From: Myxococcales bacterium
GTDB lineage: Bacteria > Myxococcota_A > Polyangia > Polyangiales > DASUME01
Direction: 5' to 3'
Length of the DNA stretch: 64,000 nt
Assembly (NCBI GenBank): GCA_047601445.1
Contig: JASGJH010000001.1
Location: 6,208,001-6,272,000 of the forward strand
Below the pieces are notes generated by a model. It was given only the letters and a program-made list of their open reading frames with translations, was not told the DNA's origin and searched no databases. Position numbers and translations under genes: made by a program. Positions 58,775-64,000 of this stretch are shown one piece after another; within the stretch, counting starts at the first letter, position 1; each line of letters opens with the position of its first letter.

Positions 58775-58877
58775 CGAGGCCTTGCCTTCCGCAGGGTCTG
58801 CTAGATCCGGACGGCTCGGTGTGAGCGTCAACGTCCGAAGCACGCGGGTGTCGCGTGCGACCCAAGAGGAGCACAGC

Positions 58878-59783
58878 ATGTCGGTCTCCAATCGCTACCT
58901 GCTCGAGCACGGTTCCACCCTCGGCGCCATCGGTCGCGTCGCGCTCACCACCATCGAGCAGCAGGTCTTCAAGAAGATCCCCACCGCGGCCCCCAAGGTC
59001 CCCGGTCCCACGCTCACGGCCACCTATCCGGCCCGCAGCGCCGATCTCATCCGCGACTACGTGAAGCACGTGGGCGGCGACCCCGCGGCCTACAAGAACA
59101 CGTTGCCCCCCCACATGTGGCCCCAGTGGGGCTTCGGCCTGGGCGGCAAGGTGCTCGATGGCGTGCCGTATCCGATCTCCAAGGTGCTCAACGGCGGCTG
59201 CAACATGCAGATCAACGCGCCGATCCCTGCCAACGAGCCCCTCATCATCACGGCCCGTCTCGAGAACATCGACGACGACGGCAGCCGCGCCGTGCTGCAG
59301 CAGCGCGTGATCACCTCCACCAAGAGCGTGAAGGAAGCGCTGATCGCCGACATGTTCGCGATCGTCCCGCTCAAGAAGAAGGGCGGCGAGGGCGCACCCA
59401 AGGACAAGAAGCCCAAGGAGAGCCCGCGCGTCCCGGACGACGCCAAGGAGATCGCCTACTGGGAGATCGGCGCCAAGGCGGGGCTCGACTTCGCCAAGCT
59501 CACCGGGGACTTCAACCCCATCCACTGGATCCCGGCGGCCGCCAAGGCTTCGGGCTTCCCGAACTGCATCTTGCACGGCTTCGGCACCATGGCGCGCGCC
59601 GTGGAAGGCGTGAATCGCGGCGTGTTCTCGGGCGATGTCACGCGCATGAAGAAGTGGAACTGCAAGTTCACGCGTCCCCTCGTGCTGCCGGGCAAGGCCG
59701 GGTTGTACGTGAAGGGCAATGAAGTGTTCGTGGGCGTGGCGCCTGGTGGCCCCGCGTTCCTGGTTGGTTCGTTCGAAGGTTGA
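58878..59783 (+). CDS. MaoC-family (R)-specific acyl dehydratase
   Basis: FAKLTGDFNPIH..ILHGFGT; GAGGAG RBS. Confidence 0.88.
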   Translation: MSVSNRYLLEHGSTLGAIGRVALTTIEQQVFKKIPTAAPKVPGPTLTATYPARSADLIRDYVKHVGGDPAAYKNTLPPHMWPQWGFGLGGKVLDGVPYPISKVLNGGCNMQINAPIPANEPLIITARLENIDDDGSRAVLQQRVITSTKSVKEALIADMFAIVPLKKKGGEGAPKDKKPKESPRVPDDAKEIAYWEIGAKAGLDFAKLTGDFNPIHWIPAAAKASGFPNCILHGFGTMARAVEGVNRGVFSGDVTRMKKWNCKFTRPLVLPGKAGLYVKGNEVFVGVAPGGPAFLVGSFEG

Positions 59784-59860
59784 TCTAAACCAGGGGCCGA
59801 AGACGTTTCGTCCTCGATTTTTTGCGGCACATCGCCGGGTTAATTGCGTGGGAGAAGGTC

Positions 59861-61288
59861 ATGTCTGATTTCCTGCTCGAGCTGTCTCAGAATCCAACCG
59901 CCAAGAAGCTGATCGCAGCCGCAGGCCTTCCGTTGCCGCTGCCTGTGCCGCTCGACCGCCCCAAGGCGCCGCGCAGCGAGCAGCTCCTGAAGGACCGCGT
60001 GGTGATGGTCGGTGGCGAAGGTGAGCTCACCGACGCTATCGCGACCACGCTCGTGAAGGCGGGCGCCAGCTCCTACGTGGTGGGCGACAAGCTCTACAAG
60101 GCGTTCGCGGGTCCCGGTGAGGCCTTCGGCCGTCGCCCCCTGCGCATCGAGGCCGAGGAAGTGCCCGAAGGTCTCAAGGCCAAGGGCCTGGTGTTCGACG
60201 CCTCCGGTCTGCGTACGCCTGCCGACCTCAAGCGCGTGTACGAGTTCTTCAAGCCGCGCATGCGCTCCATCGACAAGTCGGGCCGCGCTCTCGTGATCGC
60301 CCGTCCCGTCGACGACGCCAAGACGCCCGAAGAGGCCGCCACGCGCGCTGCCCTCGACGGCTTCGTGCGCTCGCTCGGTAAGGAAATCGGCAAGTTCGGC
60401 GCCACCGCCAACATCGTCTACGTGCAGGAGGGCGCCGAGGAGCGTCTCGCCCACGTGATGCGCTTCTTCCTGTCTTCGGCCTCGGCGTTCGTCACGGGCC
60501 AGCCCGTGCGCGTCACCAAGACCGCCAAGGGAAGCGCCGGCGACGCCTACACGCGTCCGCTCAATGGCAAGGTCGTGATGGTCACCGGTGCCGCGCGCGG
60601 CATCGGTGAGGCCACGGCCGAGATCCTGGCGGCCGAAGGCGCCCACGTGGTGGTGCTCGACCGTCCTGCCGACGACGGCCCTGCCAGCGAAGTGGCGCGC
60701 CGCATCGGTGGCTCGCTCCTGCTGGTCGACGTCTCGGACGCCGAGGCGCCCAAGAAGATCGCCAGCTTCTTCAAGGAGAAGTTCGGCGGCGTCGACGTGG
60801 TGATCCACAACGCCGGCATCACGCGCGACAAGATGCTCGCCAACATGAAGCCCGAAGTCTGGGACATGACCATCGACATCAACCTCAGCGCGGTGGCCCG
60901 CATCAACGAGGCCCTGCTCAACGGTGTGCTGCGTGACGGCGGCCGCATCATCTGCCTGTCGTCCATCGCGGGCATCGCGGGCAACAACGGTCAGACGAAC
61001 TACTCCGCCTCCAAGGGCGGTATCGTGGGCTACGTGAAGAACCTGGCCACCAAGGTGGCGGATCGCGGCATCACCGTGAACGCCATCGCGCCCGGCTTCA
61101 TCGAGACCCGCATGACCGCGGCGATTCCGGTCGCCATCCGCGAGGTCGCGCGTCGCCTCTCCTCGCTCGCGCAGGGCGGTCAGCCCACCGACGTGGGCCA
61201 GGCCCTGACGTTCCTCAGCACCCCCGGCGCGCAGGGCGTGACGGGACAGGTACTCCGCGTCTGCGGCGGCGCCTTCATCGGCGCCTGA
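59861..61288 (+). CDS. fabG: High-molecular-weight 3-oxoacyl reductase (FabG4-like)
   Basis: Extra N-domain; TGAARGIG, HNAGITRD, YSASK, APGFIET. Confidence 0.88.
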   Translation: MSDFLLELSQNPTAKKLIAAAGLPLPLPVPLDRPKAPRSEQLLKDRVVMVGGEGELTDAIATTLVKAGASSYVVGDKLYKAFAGPGEAFGRRPLRIEAEEVPEGLKAKGLVFDASGLRTPADLKRVYEFFKPRMRSIDKSGRALVIARPVDDAKTPEEAATRAALDGFVRSLGKEIGKFGATANIVYVQEGAEERLAHVMRFFLSSASAFVTGQPVRVTKTAKGSAGDAYTRPLNGKVVMVTGAARGIGEATAEILAAEGAHVVVLDRPADDGPASEVARRIGGSLLLVDVSDAEAPKKIASFFKEKFGGVDVVIHNAGITRDKMLANMKPEVWDMTIDINLSAVARINEALLNGVLRDGGRIICLSSIAGIAGNNGQTNYSASKGGIVGYVKNLATKVADRGITVNAIAPGFIETRMTAAIPVAIREVARRLSSLAQGGQPTDVGQALTFLSTPGAQGVTGQVLRVCGGAFIGA

Positions 61289-61289
61289 C

Positions 61290-61414
61290 GGCGAGCGCCG
61301 CTGGCGGGCCGATTCGCGGCTTACGTCCTCGGTCCCTCCCTGCGACGTACAGGAGTACGCCTCAGTCGGGCCCTGCGGGCGCGCTCGCGACTCGACCCAC
61401 CATCGGCACTCGCC
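61290..61414. repeat. 125-bp imperfect palindromic intergenic element (REP/MITE-like)
   Basis: Complementary ends GGCGAGCGCCG / CGGCACTCGCC; apex CGTAC-AGGA-GTACG. Confidence 0.7.
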
Positions 61415-61510
61415 TTACGTCTCGTTTCAGGTTGAAAAATTGGGGCTCAAGAACAGATTGGTGTTCTTGGGCCTTTTCGTTTTGGGGATCCTCGTTTCGC
61501 GGAGGCTTGT

Positions 61511-63226
61511 ATGAGCAAGAAGAAGTCGAAGTCCGATAAGACCGAGAAGGCGATCGCGCATGACGCTGACGAGGAGCTCGCTACGGAAGCCAAGCCTTCG
61601 AAGGTAGTGGCCAAGGCGACCGCTGAGCAGGAGGCCGAGGCGAAGGCCGCGAAGGACGCGGAGGAGCGCGAGGCCGAGGCCAAGAAGGCGGCCGCAAAGG
61701 AAGCGGAGGAGCGCGAGGCGGAAGCGAAGCGGGCTGCGAAGGCTGCCGCGAAGGAAGCGGAGGAGCGCGAAGCCGAGGCGAAGCGGGCCGCGAAAGCTGC
61801 GGCGAAGGAGGCCGAGGAGCGCGAGGCGGAGGCCAAGAAGGCGGCCAAGGCTGCTGCGAGGGAAGCCGAGGAGCGTGAGGCCGAGGCCAAGAAGGCGGCG
61901 GCCAAGTCCTCGAGCAAGGGCGCTCCGGCCGTCAAGGCCGGCTCGAAGCGACGCGCGGTGGTGGTGGGCGGAATGCGCACGCCCTTCGTGCGTGCGTTCT
62001 CGGAGTTCACCAAGCTCGACACCATCGCGCTCGGCGTGCTCGCCACCAAGGCGCTGCTCGAGAAGTTCGACATCCCGCGCAACGAGATCGACTCCATCAT
62101 CTGGGGCGGCGTCATCTTCCCGCCCACCGCGCCCAACCTGGCGCGCGAGATCGCGCTCGATCTCAAGCTGCCTGCGCACGTGGAAGGCATGACCTGCACG
62201 CGCGCCTGCGCCTCGGGTCTGCAGGCCGTCACGCTGGCTGCCGCGGCCATCGAGCGCGGCGAGGCCGACGTGGTGATCGCGGGTGGCTCGGACTCCACCA
62301 GCAACGCGAGCCTCACGTTCCCCACCAAGATGACGCACCTGCTCGCGCCGCTCGCGCTCGGCAAGGGGCCCACGCCGGCCGACATCCTCGGCGTGCTCGC
62401 GCAGATGGTGCCGCTCAGCGAAGTGCTGCCGAGCCAGCCCAAGATCTCCGAGCGCACCACGGGCGAAGTGATGGGTGAGTCGGCCGAGAAGATGGCCAAG
62501 CGCAACGGCATCACGCGCCAGGATCAAGACGAGTTCGCCGTGCGCTCCCATCAACGCGCCGCACGCGCTGTCGAGTCCGGTCGCTTCGCGGACGAGATCG
62601 TGCCGGTGAAGACCCGCGAAGGCGCCTGGGTGCACACCGACCGCATCGTGCGTGGCGACACCAGCGTGGCGCGCCTGAGCAAGCTGCGTCCCGCCTTCGC
62701 CGCCGACGGCACCGTCACCGCGGGCAACGCGAGCGCGCTGACCGATGGCGCCGCTGCCGTGCTCTTGATGAGCGAGGAGAAGGCCAAGGCCCTGGGCTAC
62801 GCGCCCCTGGCGGCGTTCCGCTCCTGGGCCTATTCCGCCGTGGATCCCTCGGATCAGCTGTTGATCGGACCCGCGCTCGCCATGCCCAAGGCCCTCGATC
62901 GCGCTGGGGTCGGGCTCTCCGACATCGACATGGTGGACATGCACGAGGCCTTCGCGGCCCAGGTCTTGAGCGTGCTCAAGATGCTCGGGAGCAGCTCCTT
63001 CGCGCGTGAGCGTCTGGGACGCGACAAGGCGATCGGCGAGGTGTCCACCGACATCCTCAACCTGCACGGCGGCTCGCTCGCGCTCGGCCATCCCTTCGGC
63101 GCCACGGGCGCACGCATGGTCACCACGGTGGCCAACGAGCTCTCCCAGGGCAAGCGCGAGCTGGCGTTGCTCGGCATCTGCGCTGCGGGTGGCTTGGGCG
63201 CCGCGGCGGTGATGGAAGCACTCTGA
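61511..63226 (+). CDS. Acetyl-CoA C-acyltransferase (FadI-like thiolase) with N-terminal Ala/Glu/Lys repeat
   Basis: GMRTPF, RACASG, MHEAFA, GHPFGATG, CAAGG. Confidence 0.9.
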   Translation: MSKKKSKSDKTEKAIAHDADEELATEAKPSKVVAKATAEQEAEAKAAKDAEEREAEAKKAAAKEAEEREAEAKRAAKAAAKEAEEREAEAKRAAKAAAKEAEEREAEAKKAAKAAAREAEEREAEAKKAAAKSSSKGAPAVKAGSKRRAVVVGGMRTPFVRAFSEFTKLDTIALGVLATKALLEKFDIPRNEIDSIIWGGVIFPPTAPNLAREIALDLKLPAHVEGMTCTRACASGLQAVTLAAAAIERGEADVVIAGGSDSTSNASLTFPTKMTHLLAPLALGKGPTPADILGVLAQMVPLSEVLPSQPKISERTTGEVMGESAEKMAKRNGITRQDQDEFAVRSHQRAARAVESGRFADEIVPVKTREGAWVHTDRIVRGDTSVARLSKLRPAFAADGTVTAGNASALTDGAAAVLLMSEEKAKALGYAPLAAFRSWAYSAVDPSDQLLIGPALAMPKALDRAGVGLSDIDMVDMHEAFAAQVLSVLKMLGSSSFARERLGRDKAIGEVSTDILNLHGGSLALGHPFGATGARMVTTVANELSQGKRELALLGICAAGGLGAAAVMEAL

Positions 63227-63244
63227 CGCGGGTCGGGGCGAAGC

Positions 63245-64000
63245 GTGGCGCGTCCTCAGCTTGATCTCTTCGAGCTCGCGCCACCTCAGCTCGAGGCCGC
63301 GGCGGTCCCATCCGAGCTCAGCGCGCTTGGGGCCGCATTGCCCTCGGGCGTGCGCTTCGGGACCATGTCGTGGACCTATCCCGGCTGGAAGGGCATCGTC
63401 TACGGCCCCGACGTAGTCTCGCAGCGCCTCGCGGCGCATGGGCTCACGGCCTACGCCAAGCATCCACTCCTGCGTTGTGTCGAGATCGATCGCACCTACT
63501 ACGAGCCGATGTCCGAGGAGGAGCTGCGCGTGTTCGCCACGCAGGTTCCCGAAGACTTCCGCTTCGTGGTGAAGGCCCACGAGGACTGCACGGTGCGGCG
63601 CTTCCCGACCCACGCGCGCTACGGCAAGAAGCGCGGACTCGAGAACCCGCGCTATCTCGACTCCGCCTATGCCAGTGAGTTCGTGCTCGGTCCCTGCGTG
63701 CGCGGGCTGGGATCCAAGCTGGGCGTAGTGCTGTTTCAATTCTCACCCGAGGAGAGCGAGCCTCCCGGGGTGTTCGCCGAGCGCCTGCGGGATTTCCTTC
63801 GACGGCTACCGCGCGAGGTCCCGTGCGCCGTGGAGCTGCGTAACCCTCAGCTCTTCGACCGGGCCTACGCGCAAGCGCTCGCGGACGCCGGGGCCCTGCA
63901 CTGCCACAACGTGTGGGGCGCCATGCCCTCGGCGCTCAAGCAGGCAAGCCGCATCCCGCCCTCGGCGCGCAAGCCGCTCGTGATCCGCTGGCTCATGCGC
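63245..64000 (+). CDS. DUF72 family protein; runs off the 3' end of the window
   Basis: Not in the ORF track because no stop is in the window: GTMSWTYPGWKG, VEIDRTYY, FRFVVKA, LGVVLFQF, AVELRN. Confidence 0.88.
   Translation, partial: MARPQLDLFELAPPQLEAAAVPSELSALGAALPSGVRFGTMSWTYPGWKGIVYGPDVVSQRLAAHGLTAYAKHPLLRCVEIDRTYYEPMSEEELRVFATQVPEDFRFVVKAHEDCTVRRFPTHARYGKKRGLENPRYLDSAYASEFVLGPCVRGLGSKLGVVLFQFSPEESEPPGVFAERLRDFLRRLPREVPCAVELRNPQLFDRAYAQALADAGALHCHNVWGAMPSALKQASRIPPSARKPLVIRWLMR

Overview
GC-rich bacterial DNA. Gene content (AgmX/PglI-domain proteins, DUF4388 regulator, 7TM Ser/Thr kinase, many lipoproteins with Asp/Gly linkers) suggests Myxococcota; this is inference. About 48 CDS; no tRNA, rRNA, CRISPR array, integrase or transposase was recognised. 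Core-type genes (Lhr helicase, dapF, ftsK, ftsB-like, TetR-maoC-fabG-thiolase, DUF72) alternate with two accessory stretches. 13-25.5 kb holds ada plus a 2OG oxygenase, ECF sigma, pirin/LysR, di-haem peroxidase, cupin/MarR and AgmX-domain genes. 36.6-58 kb holds six co-oriented lipoprotein genes, a broken ATPase regulator and stress genes with sigma54-like promoters. Best candidates for new biology: (1) the six-gene surface lipoprotein array (VWA, Ig-like, split-kelch with metal-binding repeats, metalloprotease, DUF3494); (2) a 47-aa membrane peptide ORF with a sequestered start region downstream of lhr; (3) a pirin with a Tat-lipoprotein signal; (4) a dapF-coupled degenerate GGDEF / DUF4388 pair. 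All product calls come from reading motifs by eye; no database search or folding program was run, and start codons are my choices.
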